NCBI GenBank assembly: GCA_025965615.1
Contig: JAOPWP010000133.1
Location: 1 to 54,277, forward strand
Origin: Frankiales bacterium
Lineage (GTDB): Bacteria; Actinomycetota; Actinomycetes; Mycobacteriales; SCTD01
Direction of reading: 5' to 3'
Length of the DNA: 54,277 nucleotides
Shown here: positions 9,160 to 18,470 of the stretch, piece after piece
Layout: the number at the start of each line of letters is the position of its first letter
Numbering within the stretch: the first letter of the stretch is position 1
Position numbers and translations under genes: made by a program
Notes under the pieces: model-generated
Database searches by the model: none
What the model saw: only the letters and a program-made list of their open reading frames with translations
Told to the model about the DNA's origin: nothing

Positions 9160-9419
9160 AGGGCTCCGAACGTCAAGCGATCCGGGCACGTGGGGGGTGG
9201 ACGCGCCGAAGAGCCGGCCATGGAGGGCCAGCGGAGGCTGTCGCACCGGTGCACGATCCCGGCGTCTTGGATCCGACGCTAGGTGCCCGTTCTCGTCCCG
9301 GCAACACCTCGGTGGGGGATCGATCTTCAGAAGTCGCCGCTTTTGGGCCCGGAGTGGGGGGAACCTGCAGGCCACAGGGGTGCAAGCCGGACACCTGTGA
9401 TCCCTCTCACGAGTCCGGG
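9160..9419 (-). promoter_or_regulatory. long untranslated leader/promoter region upstream of rpfB (candidate structured 5' UTR)
   Basis: A 260-nt non-coding gap lies between the tatD stop (9420) and the rpfB GTG (9159), in an otherwise gap-free gene string. It contains local inverted repeats, e.g. CACAGG (9373-9378) / CCTGTG (9394-9399). No known riboswitch consensus was recognised. Confidence 0.3.
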
Positions 9420-10265
9420 TCAGCGGTAGTCGAAGGCCCGTCGGCCGTTCGCGGCCAGAGCGTGGCACAGCTCGTCGACCTCGAGCCCCTTGACCGCGGC
9501 GAGGGACCGGACGGTCAGCGGGACCAGGTAGGGCGCGTTCGGGCGCCCGCGGAACGGCACCGGGGTGAGAAAGGGTGCGTCGGTCTCGACGAGGAGCTGG
9601 TCCACCGGCGTCACCTGCGCCGCGGCTCGCAGGGCGTCGTTCGGCGCGAAGGTCACAGGACCGGCGAAACTCAGGAAGAAGCCGGAGTCGGCGCACGTCC
9701 TCGCCATCGCGGCGTCACCGGAGAAGCAGTGGAAGACCACCCGCTCGGGCGGGCCCTCCTCGTGGAGCACGCGCAGCACGGCGTCGTGGGCGTCGCGGTC
9801 GTGGATGACAAGGGCCGTGCCGGTCCGCTTGGCGATCGCGATGTGGGCCCGGAAGGACTCCTCCTGCAGGCGCTGGCCGTCCTCGCCCTCGGTGCGGAAG
9901 AAGTCGAGGCCCGTCTCGCCCACGGCCTTGACCGCGGGAAGCCCTGCCAGGGACTCGATCTCGCGGAGGGCCTCGTCGGTGGCCGCGCCCCGGCCGGCCT
10001 CGTTGGGGTGCAGCGCAACCGCGGCGTGGACCGCGTCGTAGCGACCCGCCAGCTCGGCCGACCAGCGGCTCGAAGGGAGGTCGACTCCGACCTGCACCAC
10101 GACGCCGATCCCGACCGACTTCGCCTGCGCCAGCGCCTCGTCGACGTCGACGCCCATGATGTCGAGGTGGGCGTGGCTGTCCAGGACCTCGACGGACAGG
10201 GGCTCGGGAGCCGGCGGGGGCTCCCCACGCCGGTCAGCACCCCGCTGCCTGGCGGAGGAGCTCAC
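9420..10265 (-). CDS. tatD: TatD-family metal-dependent hydrolase/DNase
   Basis: ORF 9420..10625 trimmed to the GTG at 10265, which overlaps the metG stop as GTGA. It carries the DSHAHLD metal-binding motif and later HCFSGD and ETDAPFLTP motifs. Confidence 0.85.
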   Translation of the reverse strand: MSSSARQRGADRRGEPPPAPEPLSVEVLDSHAHLDIMGVDVDEALAQAKSVGIGVVVQVGVDLPSSRWSAELAGRYDAVHAAVALHPNEAGRGAATDEALREIESLAGLPAVKAVGETGLDFFRTEGEDGQRLQEESFRAHIAIAKRTGTALVIHDRDAHDAVLRVLHEEGPPERVVFHCFSGDAAMARTCADSGFFLSFAGPVTFAPNDALRAAAQVTPVDQLLVETDAPFLTPVPFRGRPNAPYLVPLTVRSLAAVKGLEVDELCHALAANGRRAFDYR

Positions 10266-12046
10266 GGAGCGGCGTCCTCGAGCCGGGCCAGCTCCTCGTC
10301 CACCACCGACGGGTCCAGCTTCACGAACAGCGGGACCGGCTTCGCCACCTGGTGGCCCACCCGCAGCGGGCGGCTCTCCCAGACGGCCTCGGTGTCGTAG
10401 TCCCCCATCAGGACCGGGTAGCCCGGCCCTCCGTCGAGGTCGTCGACCTCCTGCAGCTCGGGCTGCCCGCTCCACACCTCGGTGCCGCCGAGCATGCGGT
10501 GAACCTGCTCCGAGCTGCCCGGCAGGAACGGGGTGAGGAGCGTCTTGGCGTCGTCGACGAGCTGCAGAGCGACGTGCAGGACCGTGTCGCGACGCGCCAC
10601 CTCGTCGTCGCCCTTGAGCTTCCACGGTGCCTGCTCGGACAGGTAGCGGTTCGCCTCGGCGACGACCTTCATGGCCTCGGCGAGCGCCGCCTTCTGCTGC
10701 GAACGGGCGAGCAGGGCGCCGATCGGGCCGAACGCGGCCCGGGACCCCTCGAGGGCGGCGTGGTCGGGTCCGAGCAGCTCCCCGGCCGGGGGGATCGCCC
10801 CGATGTTCTTCTCGACCATCGACACGGTGCGGTTGACCAGGTTGCCCCAGCCGGCGACCAGCTCGGTGTTGTTGCGGGTCACGAACTGCGACCAGGTGAA
10901 GTCGGTGTCACTGCTCTCCGGGCCCGCGGCCGCGAGGTAGTAGCGCAGGGCGTCCGCGCCGTACCGCTCGAGGACGTCGCGCACGTAGATGACGACGCTG
11001 CGCGAGGAGGAGAACTTCTTGCCCTCCATGGTCAGGAACTCGCTGCTGACGACCTCGCCCGGCAGGGCCAGCTCCCCCAGGGGCCCCGGCTTCCCGGCGG
11101 GCTTGCCGCTCGCCCCGAGTAGCAGCGCCGGCCAGATGACCGAGTGGAAGACGACGTTGTCCTTGCCCATGAAGTACGCCGACGTCGCGTCCGGTCCCCA
11201 GAAGGGCCGCCAGGCATCGGGGTCGCCGGTGCGACGTGCCCACTCGACCGAGGCCGAGAGATAGCCGATGACGGCGTCGAACCACACGTAGATGCGCTTG
11301 TCCTCGCGGTCGGACCAGCCGGGAAGCGGGATCGGGACCCCCCAGTCGAGGTCGCGCGTGATGGCCCGCGGCCGCAGGTCGTCCAGCAGGTTCTGGCTGA
11401 ACTTGAGGACGTTGGGGCGCCAGTCGGTGCGGGTCTGCAGCCAGCCGCCCAGCGCCTCGGCGAACGCCGGCAGCTCGAGGAAGAACTGGGCGCTCTCGAC
11501 GAAGGCCGGCGTCTTGCCGTCGATCTTCGAGCGCGGGTTGATCAGGTCCTTCGGGTCGAGCTGGTTGCCGCAGTTGTCGCACTGGTCGCCGCGGGCCCCG
11601 TCGTAGCTGCAGATCGGGCAGGTGCCCTCGACGTAGCGGTCCGGGAGCCCGCGCCCGGTCACCGGGTCGATCGCCGACAGCTGCGAGCGCTCGGTGACGT
11701 AACCGTTGTCGTACAGGCTCTTGAAGATGGTCTGCACGACGGAGTAGTGGTTGCGCGTCGTGGTGCGGGTGAACAGGTCGTACGACAGCCCGAGCCCCTG
11801 CAGGTCCTCGGCGATCACCCGGTTGTAGCGGTCAGCGAGCTCGCGGGCGCTGACCCCCTCGCGGTCGGCCTGCACCTGGATCGGCGTCCCGTGCTCGTCG
11901 GTCCCGCTGACCATGAGGACCTCGTTGCCCGCCATGCGCTGGTAGCGGCTGAACACGTCGGAGGGGACGCCGAAGCCGGCGACGTGGCCGATGTGGCGAG
12001 GGCCGTTGGCGTAGGGCCAGGCGACGGCCGTCAGGATGCGGGACAT
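10262..12046 (-). CDS. metG: methionine--tRNA ligase
   Basis: A 594-aa ORF. It has the class I HIGH motif (ANGPRHIGH), a zinc knuckle [18 protein letters not shown], and a KMSKS-type loop (KFSSSRS). Confidence 0.95.
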   Translation of the reverse strand: MSRILTAVAWPYANGPRHIGHVAGFGVPSDVFSRYQRMAGNEVLMVSGTDEHGTPIQVQADREGVSARELADRYNRVIAEDLQGLGLSYDLFTRTTTRNHYSVVQTIFKSLYDNGYVTERSQLSAIDPVTGRGLPDRYVEGTCPICSYDGARGDQCDNCGNQLDPKDLINPRSKIDGKTPAFVESAQFFLELPAFAEALGGWLQTRTDWRPNVLKFSQNLLDDLRPRAITRDLDWGVPIPLPGWSDREDKRIYVWFDAVIGYLSASVEWARRTGDPDAWRPFWGPDATSAYFMGKDNVVFHSVIWPALLLGASGKPAGKPGPLGELALPGEVVSSEFLTMEGKKFSSSRSVVIYVRDVLERYGADALRYYLAAAGPESSDTDFTWSQFVTRNNTELVAGWGNLVNRTVSMVEKNIGAIPPAGELLGPDHAALEGSRAAFGPIGALLARSQQKAALAEAMKVVAEANRYLSEQAPWKLKGDDEVARRDTVLHVALQLVDDAKTLLTPFLPGSSEQVHRMLGGTEVWSGQPELQEVDDLDGGPGYPVLMGDYDTEAVWESRPLRVGHQVAKPVPLFVKLDPSVVDEELARLEDAAP

Positions 12047-12055
12047 GGGTCGACA

Positions 12056-12922
12056 CTAGTGATCGAAGGCCGCTCGCCGCCCGGCTCCCCCCGCCGCCTT
12101 CGCCGCTACGACTGCGTCGTACACCTCGCTGCGCGACCGCCCGGTGTCCGCCACCACCGACGCGAGGGCCTCCTTGCGGGTGAGACCGGCCTGCTCGGCC
12201 AGCTTCACCATCGCGACCAGCTCTTCGGGGGTGGTCTCGGCGGTACGGGTGGGCGCGCCCTCGAGGACCAGGGTGACCTCGCCGCGCACGCCGTCGGCAG
12301 ACCAGGCGAGCAGCTCGGCGAGGGTTCCGCGTACGACCTCCTCGTAGGTCTTGGTCAGCTCGCGGCAGACGACGGCGCGCCGGCCCGGGCCGAGCACCTC
12401 GACCATGTCGGCCAGGGCGTCGGCGAGCCGGTGCGGCGCCTCGAACAGGACGCAGGTGCGCGGCTCGGCCGCGAGCTCGGCCAGCCGCGCCCGGCGCTCA
12501 CCGCCCTTGCGGGGCAGGAACCCCTCGAAGCAGAACCTGTCGGTCGGCAGGCCGCTGAGGGCCAGTGCCGTCGTGACGGCTGACGGACCGGGCACGCAGG
12601 TGACCGGGAGGCCCTCGGCGGCGGCGGCCGCCACGAGGCGGTAGCCCGGGTCGGACACCGTCGGCATCCCGGCGTCGGTGACCAGGACGACCCGCTGTCC
12701 GGCGCGCAGGGCCGCGAGCAGGTCGGGGGTGCGCTGCACCTCGTTGCCCTCGAAGTAGCTGACGACCCGGCCCGACAGCTGCACCCCGAGGTCGGCGCAG
12801 AGCCGGTGCAGCCGACGGGTGTCCTCGGCGGCGACGACCTCCGCATCGGTGAGCACCGCGACGAGCCGGGCGCTCGCGTCGGTCGGCTGGCCGATCGGAG
12901 CACCGGCGAGGACGAGGGGCAT
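12056..12922 (-). CDS. rsmI: 16S rRNA (cytidine1402-2'-O)-methyltransferase
   Basis: Tetrapyrrole-methylase fold motifs: LVLAGAPIGQPTDAS, AAEDTRR, LVTDAGMPTVSDPG and FEAPHR. ATG at 12922; the track ORF starts 6 nt further up at GTG 12928. Confidence 0.9.
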   Translation of the reverse strand: MPLVLAGAPIGQPTDASARLVAVLTDAEVVAAEDTRRLHRLCADLGVQLSGRVVSYFEGNEVQRTPDLLAALRAGQRVVLVTDAGMPTVSDPGYRLVAAAAAEGLPVTCVPGPSAVTTALALSGLPTDRFCFEGFLPRKGGERRARLAELAAEPRTCVLFEAPHRLADALADMVEVLGPGRRAVVCRELTKTYEEVVRGTLAELLAWSADGVRGEVTLVLEGAPTRTAETTPEELVAMVKLAEQAGLTRKEALASVVADTGRSRSEVYDAVVAAKAAGGAGRRAAFDH

Positions 12923-12962
12923 GTCCACCAGTCTCCCCGATCCCAGTACCTAGGCTGACCGC

Positions 12963-14540
12963 ATGACCGCGACGCGCGAGGCCGCCGCGGCGTCCTGCGA
13001 GCCGTCTGCTGCCGGGGCGGCCCCGTGGCGCACCCGGATCCTGCCGCCCACCGACGGCCGTGGCGGCTGGCTCGCGGCGCTCGGGATCGGGCTGCTCGCC
13101 GGGTTGCTGCGCTTCGTCCGGCTCGACATCCCGGCCGGGAGGATCTTCGACGAGCTGTACTACGCCTGCGACGCGCAGAACCTGCTCCGCTTCGGGGTCG
13201 AGGTGGCGACCGAGACCGACGCGAACGACGGCTCGGTGGCGATGAGCTGCACACCCACCGGGCAGCCGGGCTTCATCGTCCACCCGCCGCTCGGCAAGTG
13301 GGCGATCGCCCTGGGGATCCGGCTGTTCGGCGTGACCGAGTTCGGCTGGCGCTTCTCGGCTGCGGTCGCCGGCACGATCATGGTCGTCGTCCTGGTCCGG
13401 GTGACCCGGCGGATGACCGGGTCCACGGTCCTCGGCTGCCTCGCCGGACTGCTCCTGGCAGTCGACGGCCTGCACTTCGTGCAGAGCCGGGTGGCGATGC
13501 TGGACATCTTCCTCGCGGCCTGGGTGCTGGGCGCCTTCGCCTGCCTGGTCGCCGACCGCGACGCGGTCCGACGGAGGCTGGCGGCGGTCGACGAGGCGAT
13601 GCTCACCGGCTGGGGTCCCCGCCTGGGGCTGCGCCCGTGGCGGATCGCGGCCGGCGTCTGCCTCGGCGCGGGCCTCGCCACCAAGTGGAGCGCCGTCTAC
13701 TACGCCGTGGTCCTCGTCCTGCTCAGCGTCGCCTGGGAGGTGGGGGCCCGGCGGACCGCTGGCATCCACCGTCCGGTGCGGGCGACGCTGCTCCGGACCC
13801 TGCCGGGTGCGCTGCCGTCGCTGCTGGTCCTGCCGCTCGCGGTCTACGTCTCGTCGTGGGCCGGCTGGTTCCTCAGCGACCAGGGCTGGGACCGCCAGTG
13901 GGCCGAGACGGCCCCGTCGTCGGGCCTGTCGGGGCTGCTCCCGGAGGCCTTCCGCTCCCTGGTGCAGTACCACCGGGAGATCTTCACCTTCCACGACGGG
14001 CTGAGCACCTCCCACCCCTACCAGTCGCACCCCTCGGGCTGGCTCCTGCTGGCGCGACCGGTGTCGTACTACTACCCGGCCGGCGTGACGCGGGGCGAGT
14101 ACGGCTGTGCCGCCGAGTCGTGCGCCCGCGAGGTCCTGTCGATCGGCACCCCGGCGATCTGGTGGGCCTCGATCCCGATGCTGCTGGCCCTGGTCTGGTT
14201 GTGGGTCTCGCGCCGCGACTGGCGGGCGGGGGCGGTCGCCCTGCTGGTCCTCACCGCGATCGTCCCGTGGGTGCGTGACGATCTGGACGGCCGCACGATG
14301 TTCCTGTTCTACGTGCTGCCTGCCGCCCCGTTCGTGTGCCTCGGCCTCGCGCTCGTCGCCGGCTGGGCCGTCGGGGGCGCCGGCGCCTCGTCTCAGCGGC
14401 GCCGGGTCGGGACGTTCGGCACCGCCGTCTACGTGGGCCTGGTCGTCCTGAACTTCGCCTGGTTCTACCCGGTGCTCGCGGCGCAGGCGCTGCCGTACGC
14501 CGAGTGGCTCGACCGGATGTGGCTGAGCAGCTGGATCTGA
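12963..14540 (+). CDS. pmt: dolichyl/polyprenyl-phosphate-mannose--protein O-mannosyltransferase (GT-C, PMT family)
   Basis: A 525-aa polytopic protein with the FDELYYA (DE) motif in the first loop and HPPLGKW. It is divergent from rsmI, like M. tuberculosis Rv1002c/Rv1003. Confidence 0.9.
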   Translation: MTATREAAAASCEPSAAGAAPWRTRILPPTDGRGGWLAALGIGLLAGLLRFVRLDIPAGRIFDELYYACDAQNLLRFGVEVATETDANDGSVAMSCTPTGQPGFIVHPPLGKWAIALGIRLFGVTEFGWRFSAAVAGTIMVVVLVRVTRRMTGSTVLGCLAGLLLAVDGLHFVQSRVAMLDIFLAAWVLGAFACLVADRDAVRRRLAAVDEAMLTGWGPRLGLRPWRIAAGVCLGAGLATKWSAVYYAVVLVLLSVAWEVGARRTAGIHRPVRATLLRTLPGALPSLLVLPLAVYVSSWAGWFLSDQGWDRQWAETAPSSGLSGLLPEAFRSLVQYHREIFTFHDGLSTSHPYQSHPSGWLLLARPVSYYYPAGVTRGEYGCAAESCAREVLSIGTPAIWWASIPMLLALVWLWVSRRDWRAGAVALLVLTAIVPWVRDDLDGRTMFLFYVLPAAPFVCLGLALVAGWAVGGAGASSQRRRVGTFGTAVYVGLVVLNFAWFYPVLAAQALPYAEWLDRMWLSSWI

Positions 14541-14575
14541 GCGGCAGCTGGATCTGAGCGGCAGCGTGGATCTGA
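14524..14575. repeat. three tandem 17/17/18-bp copies of the pmt 3' end, each including its TGA
   Basis: tGAGCAGCTGGATCTGA (14524-14540), GCGGCAGCTGGATCTGA (14541-14557), GCGGCAGCGTGGATCTGA (14558-14575). Read directly from the sequence. Confidence 0.85.
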
Positions 14576-14582
14576 AGCCGAG

Positions 14583-14616
14583 GCGGCGGCGGGCCGGCGG
14601 ATCGCCGTGCCGCCGC
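14583..14616. terminator. GC-rich nested hairpin between convergent pmt and tRNA-Ala (candidate bidirectional terminator)
   Basis: GCGGCGGC (14583-14590) pairs with GCCGCCGC (14609-14616). An inner hairpin is CGGCG-gat-CGCCG (14595-14607). There is no U-tract, which is common in actinobacteria. Confidence 0.35.
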
Positions 14617-14626
14617 TGCCCGTGCG

Positions 14627-14702
<76 letters not shown>

Positions 14703-14731
14703 GCGAGCGCGAACGCTACCAGCGCGCCGCC

Positions 14732-15532
14732 TCAGTCGTTGACGGCTCGCTTGCGCTCGAAGCCCTCGTCGCGGCGCTCGCCCTCGTCGGAGCGGGACAC
14801 GACGGGAGCCCGGCGGGGGGCGACCGGCGCGGTCAGGTAGGCCGGCAACGGGACCGGGACGGGGCTCCACGCCGCCCCCTGCGCGCCCCGGGCCGGCTCG
14901 ACGACGTCACCGACCGCAGCCACGGGCACGGCGTAGAGGGCGGTGCCCACGGCCGACCGGGACGGCATCGAGTCCGGGACGCCGGCGATGCGGGAGCGAG
15001 CGCGGACTGCCGCCTCGGCCGCTGCCCCTCGGGCCTGAGCTCGCCGGGCGGCGGCCACGACAGCGGCCACGTCCTGGCTTCGAGAGATCGCCCGGACAGG
15101 TTCGCCTGCAGCCTCGGCCACCGGTTCCCGGACCGCGGGGCGACGCCGGCGCTGCCGCAGCTCGCGTTCACGGCGCACCGTCGTGTGGCGCAGGAAGCCC
15201 AGGTAGCCGATGAGCAGGGCGTCCGCTGCGAGGTGGAGGCGGAGCACCCACCCCGGCCCGGCCACGGCGCCGAGCAGGCTGAGCACGGCGACGACGACGA
15301 GGACGAGGAGCACCCGACGTCGACGGGAGGCGGCCGACGTCCCGCCTGGCGCCGGCTGCTCGCCGGGAGAGGCAGCCACGGCGAGCCCCTCGCGGCGGGA
15401 CAGCACGCGCATCGCGTCGTGGAACGCCTCGACCGTGGTCTGGGTGTTGGACTCCTGGGAGCGCAGCGCGACCGGCACCAGGACGGCGAGCCAGGCACCG
15501 ACGATGACGAGGAGGATCAGACCGCTGCCCAC
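14732..15532 (-). CDS. SepX/GlpR-like actinobacterial membrane protein (N-terminal TM helix, Ala/Arg/Pro-rich cytoplasmic tail)
   Basis: ORF 14732..15646 trimmed to the in-frame GTG at 15532 (VGSGLILLVIVGAWLAVLVPVALRSQ...), which has a GGGAG Shine-Dalgarno 5 nt upstream. It is adjacent to rimJ, like Rv0996. Assignment to the SepX/GlpR divisome family is from memory of the N-terminal helix pattern. Confidence 0.55.
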   Translation of the reverse strand: MGSGLILLVIVGAWLAVLVPVALRSQESNTQTTVEAFHDAMRVLSRREGLAVAASPGEQPAPGGTSAASRRRRVLLVLVVVAVLSLLGAVAGPGWVLRLHLAADALLIGYLGFLRHTTVRRERELRQRRRRPAVREPVAEAAGEPVRAISRSQDVAAVVAAARRAQARGAAAEAAVRARSRIAGVPDSMPSRSAVGTALYAVPVAAVGDVVEPARGAQGAAWSPVPVPLPAYLTAPVAPRRAPVVSRSDEGERRDEGFERKRAVND

Positions 15533-15605
15533 GGCTCCCGAAGGTAGTGACGGTTCGGTGTCTCGTGGGGATGGCGCGCCGTACGACGGTCGGCGTTCTG
15601 CCTGG

Positions 15606-16229
15606 TCACGCGCCCGATCGGCCCTCGACCAGTCTGCGCAGGACACCGTCCGGGGCGTCCTCGGCCAGCAGCGCGAAGCCGAGGTGGTCGCGCCACTGCT
15701 CGTCGATGAACAGGTAGCGGCGGTGCCGCCCCTCCGCGGTGAACCCGAGCTTCGAGAGGACCCGGAGCGAGGCGCCGTTCTCCGGCCGCACGTTGGCCTC
15801 CACCCGATGGAGCCCGACGGGCCCGAAGCAGTGGTCGAGCACGAGGGCCAGCGCCGTCGTCATGACGCCCCGGCCGGCCACGCCCTCGTCCACCCAGTAG
15901 CCCACGTGGGCGCTGTCGAAGGCCCCGCGCGTGACCCCACCGACGGTGATGGCGCCGGCCACCCGGTCCTCGACCGTGAGCAGGAAGGGCAGCAGCCGGC
16001 CGGCCTTGGCCTCCCTGCGCTGCACGCGCAGCAGGGTGGCGAAGACCGCGGGGCTGTTGCGGTTCGCCCACGGCGCGGGCTCGGACCTGGGCGGGCGCCC
16101 CTCCCACCGCTCCAGCCAGGCGGCGTTGCGGACCCGCACCTGCGACCACGCGGCCCCGTCCCGGCTCCGTGGAGGACGGACGGCGACCTCCTCGTGGGCG
16201 AGACGGGCGGGCCAGCCCGGCGCGCTCAC
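15606..16229 (-). CDS. rimJ: GNAT family N-acetyltransferase (RimJ/RimL-like)
   Basis: ORF 15606..16772 trimmed to the GTG at 16229 (GTGA overlap with the mog stop). It carries the acetyl-CoA site HVGYWVDEGVAGRGVMTTAL and LHRVEANVRPENGASLRVLSKLGF. Confidence 0.8.
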   Translation of the reverse strand: MSAPGWPARLAHEEVAVRPPRSRDGAAWSQVRVRNAAWLERWEGRPPRSEPAPWANRNSPAVFATLLRVQRREAKAGRLLPFLLTVEDRVAGAITVGGVTRGAFDSAHVGYWVDEGVAGRGVMTTALALVLDHCFGPVGLHRVEANVRPENGASLRVLSKLGFTAEGRHRRYLFIDEQWRDHLGFALLAEDAPDGVLRRLVEGRSGA

Positions 16230-16747
16230 CGGTGGTCGCCGCCCCCGCGCAGCTGCGCCAGCGCATGCGCGAGCACCGGCTCGAGCACGAGCAGGCCGTC
16301 GCGTACGCCCCCGGTCGATCCGGGCAGGTTCACCACGAGGCTGCGACCGATCGTGCCCGCCAGCCCGCGCGACAGGACAGCCGTCGGCACCGCCTGCGCC
16401 CCCTGGCGGCGCAGGGCCTCCGCGATCCCGGGGGCCTCCCGCTCCAGCAGGGGCCGGGTCGCCTCGGGCGTGACGTCCCGGGGCGACAGGCCGGTCCCCC
16501 CCGTCGTGAGGATCAGGTCGTACGAGGCGGAGGACGCCGCGCGCAGCGCTGCCTGGACCGCGGGCACCTCGTCGGGGACGACGACGACGGGGGCGACCTC
16601 GAGGCCGAGGGCGCTCAGCAGGCCGGCGAGCAGCGGGCCCGACGTGTCGGGTCGCTCGCCCCGCGAGGACCGGTCCGAGACGGTGACGACGCACGCCCGG
16701 GCACCCGGCGGCAGCCCGGGCAGCGCCGTCGCCGGAGACGGGCTCAT
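16226..16747 (-). CDS. mog: MogA/MoaB-family molybdenum cofactor biosynthesis protein
   Basis: ATG at 16747 (MSPSPATALPG...). It has CVVTVSDRSSRGERPDTSGP and the LILTTGGTGLSPRDVTPEA motif. Its start overlaps the moaC stop as ATGA. Confidence 0.85.
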   Translation of the reverse strand: MSPSPATALPGLPPGARACVVTVSDRSSRGERPDTSGPLLAGLLSALGLEVAPVVVVPDEVPAVQAALRAASSASYDLILTTGGTGLSPRDVTPEATRPLLEREAPGIAEALRRQGAQAVPTAVLSRGLAGTIGRSLVVNLPGSTGGVRDGLLVLEPVLAHALAQLRGGGDHR

Positions 16748-17250
16748 CGCGTCCAGGACCCCGTCTTGCCACCGGTCTTGCTCTCGACCTGGATCGAGCC
16801 GATCACCGAGCGGGGGTCGACCGCCTTGGTCATGTCGACCAGTGTCAGGCAGGCGACCGAGACCGCCGTCAGGGCCTCCATCTCGACGCCGGTCCGGTCG
16901 GTCGTACGTGCTGTGGCGGTGACCGACACCCCGTCGTCCTCGACGACGAGGTCCACGGTCACCCCGGACAGCGAGAGCGGGTGGCAGAGGGGGACGAGGT
17001 CGGGCGTGCGCTTGGCGCCCATGATCCCGGCCACCCGGGCCACGGCGAGGGCATCGCCCTTGGGCACGCCCGCGCCCCGCAGGAGGGCCACGCACTCCGC
17101 CGACAGGCTGACCCGGCCGGTGGCCGTGGCACTGCGGGCCGTGACGTCCTTCGCCGAGACGTCGACCATCAGAGCCGCTCCCGCCTCGTCGAGGTGGGTG
17201 AGGCGCAGGGCCTCCCCCGCCTCCTGCCCATCGGCCGGGGGCACGGTCAC
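16744..17250 (-). CDS. moaC: cyclic pyranopterin monophosphate synthase
   Basis: GTG at 17250 (GTGA overlap with the moeA stop). It has MVDVSAKDVTARSATA, KGDALAVARVAGIMGAKRTPDLVPLCHPL and RTGVEMEALTAVSVA. Confidence 0.9.
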   Translation of the reverse strand: MTVPPADGQEAGEALRLTHLDEAGAALMVDVSAKDVTARSATATGRVSLSAECVALLRGAGVPKGDALAVARVAGIMGAKRTPDLVPLCHPLSLSGVTVDLVVEDDGVSVTATARTTDRTGVEMEALTAVSVACLTLVDMTKAVDPRSVIGSIQVESKTGGKTGSWTR

Positions 17251-18470
17251 CGGCCGCGGCGCTCGAGCACCAGCACCTCGACGGAGTCGCCCGCCGCGAT
17301 CTGCTCGACGTCCTCGGGGACCACGGCAAGCGCGTTGGCCCGGGACATGCCGGCGAGCAGGTGCGAACCGGTGCCGGACACCGGAGTGACGACGTAGGCC
17401 CCCTGGTCGACGCCCAGGGACACCCGCAGGAAGGAGCGCTTGCCCTTCGGGCTGGTCAGGGCGACGCTCGAGACGGCTCGTACGCGGGGGCGCTCGTAGG
17501 GCGTCGCTCCGAGCATCTTGCGCAGGGCCGGGCGCACGAAGGCCTCGAAGCTCACCAGGGCGCTGACCGGGTTGCCGGGAAGGCCGAAGACCGGCGTGCT
17601 GTCGGGACCGATGGTGCCGAACCCCTGTGGCATGCCGGGCTGCATCGCGACCCGGTCGAACTGCACGGTGCCGAGGCGCGACAGCACCTCCTTGACGACG
17701 TCGTACGCGCCGACGGAGACACCCCCGCTGGTGACGAGGACGTCGGCCCGGACCAGCTGGTCCTCGAGCGTGGCGGCGAGCTGGCGCGGGTCGTCCGGGA
17801 CGATGCCGACGCGGTAGGCGATGGCCCCCGCCTCGACCGCTGCGGCCGTGAGCGCCGGGCTGTTGCTGTCGACGATCCGTCCCGGGGCGAGCGGGGTGCC
17901 CGCCTCGGCCAGCTCGGAGCCCGTCGAGACGACGACGACCCGGGGCCGGGGGCGCACGACCAGGCGCGAGCGGCCGACGGCCGCCGCGAGGCCGATCTGC
18001 ACGGCGCCGAGGTGGGTGCCGGCCGTCAGCACCGTCTCGCCCGCGGCGACGTCCTCGCCCGATCGGCGGATGTTGGCCCCGGCAGGTACTGGGCGGTCGA
18101 TCCGCACGGTCGCGACTCCCCCGTCGGTCCACTCGACCGGGATCACCGCGTCGGCCCCGGCCGGCATCATCGCCCCGGTCATGATCCGTACGCACAGCCC
18201 GTGCTGGACCCGCAGCGGCGAGGCCGGACCGGCCGCCACGTCGCCGGTGACCGGGAGCACGACCGGCGACTGCGCGCTGGCCGTCGCGACGTCCTCGCAG
18301 CGGACCGCGTAGCCGTCGACGGCGCTGTTGTCGAAGCCGGGCAGGGGGTCCTCGGCGACGACGTCCTCGGTGAGCACGCAGCCGTGGGCGTCCATCAGAC
18401 CCAGCTGCAGGGGGTGCAGCGGCTCGATCACCGACAGGATGCGCTCGAGGTGCTCGCTGACGCTGATCAC
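17247..18470 (-). CDS. moeA: molybdopterin molybdotransferase
   Basis: ORF 17247..18506 trimmed to the GTG at 18470 (VISVSEHLERIL; GTGA overlap with the galU stop). MoeA motifs are NSAVDGYAV, SGGVSVGAYD and GLPGNPVSALVSFE. Confidence 0.9.
   Translation of the reverse strand: MISVSEHLERILSVIEPLHPLQLGLMDAHGCVLTEDVVAEDPLPGFDNSAVDGYAVRCEDVATASAQSPVVLPVTGDVAAGPASPLRVQHGLCVRIMTGAMMPAGADAVIPVEWTDGGVATVRIDRPVPAGANIRRSGEDVAAGETVLTAGTHLGAVQIGLAAAVGRSRLVVRPRPRVVVVSTGSELAEAGTPLAPGRIVDSNSPALTAAAVEAGAIAYRVGIVPDDPRQLAATLEDQLVRADVLVTSGGVSVGAYDVVKEVLSRLGTVQFDRVAMQPGMPQGFGTIGPDSTPVFGLPGNPVSALVSFEAFVRPALRKMLGATPYERPRVRAVSSVALTSPKGKRSFLRVSLGVDQGAYVVTPVSGTGSHLLAGMSRANALAVVPEDVEQIAAGDSVEVLVLERRGR

Noticed and set aside
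9160-9419. c-di-AMP (ydaO/yuaA) riboswitch upstream of the rpf gene
   Set aside because: I reverse-complemented the leader and looked for the conserved blocks I remember: CGCU.AAUC, GGGGA.CCCA, GGGGUGAAUC and CCCGAAUCCGACAGCU.ACCUCGUA. Only a weak GACAGC-like fragment is present, so it is not a recognisable ydaO element. An Rfam scan should still be run.
14524-14575. Short tandem repeats (here, at 45146-45175 and at 49461-49650) as CRISPR arrays
   Set aside because: The units are contiguous, or have a 73-bp period with related 'spacers'. There are only 2-3 copies and no cas genes, so these are not CRISPR arrays.
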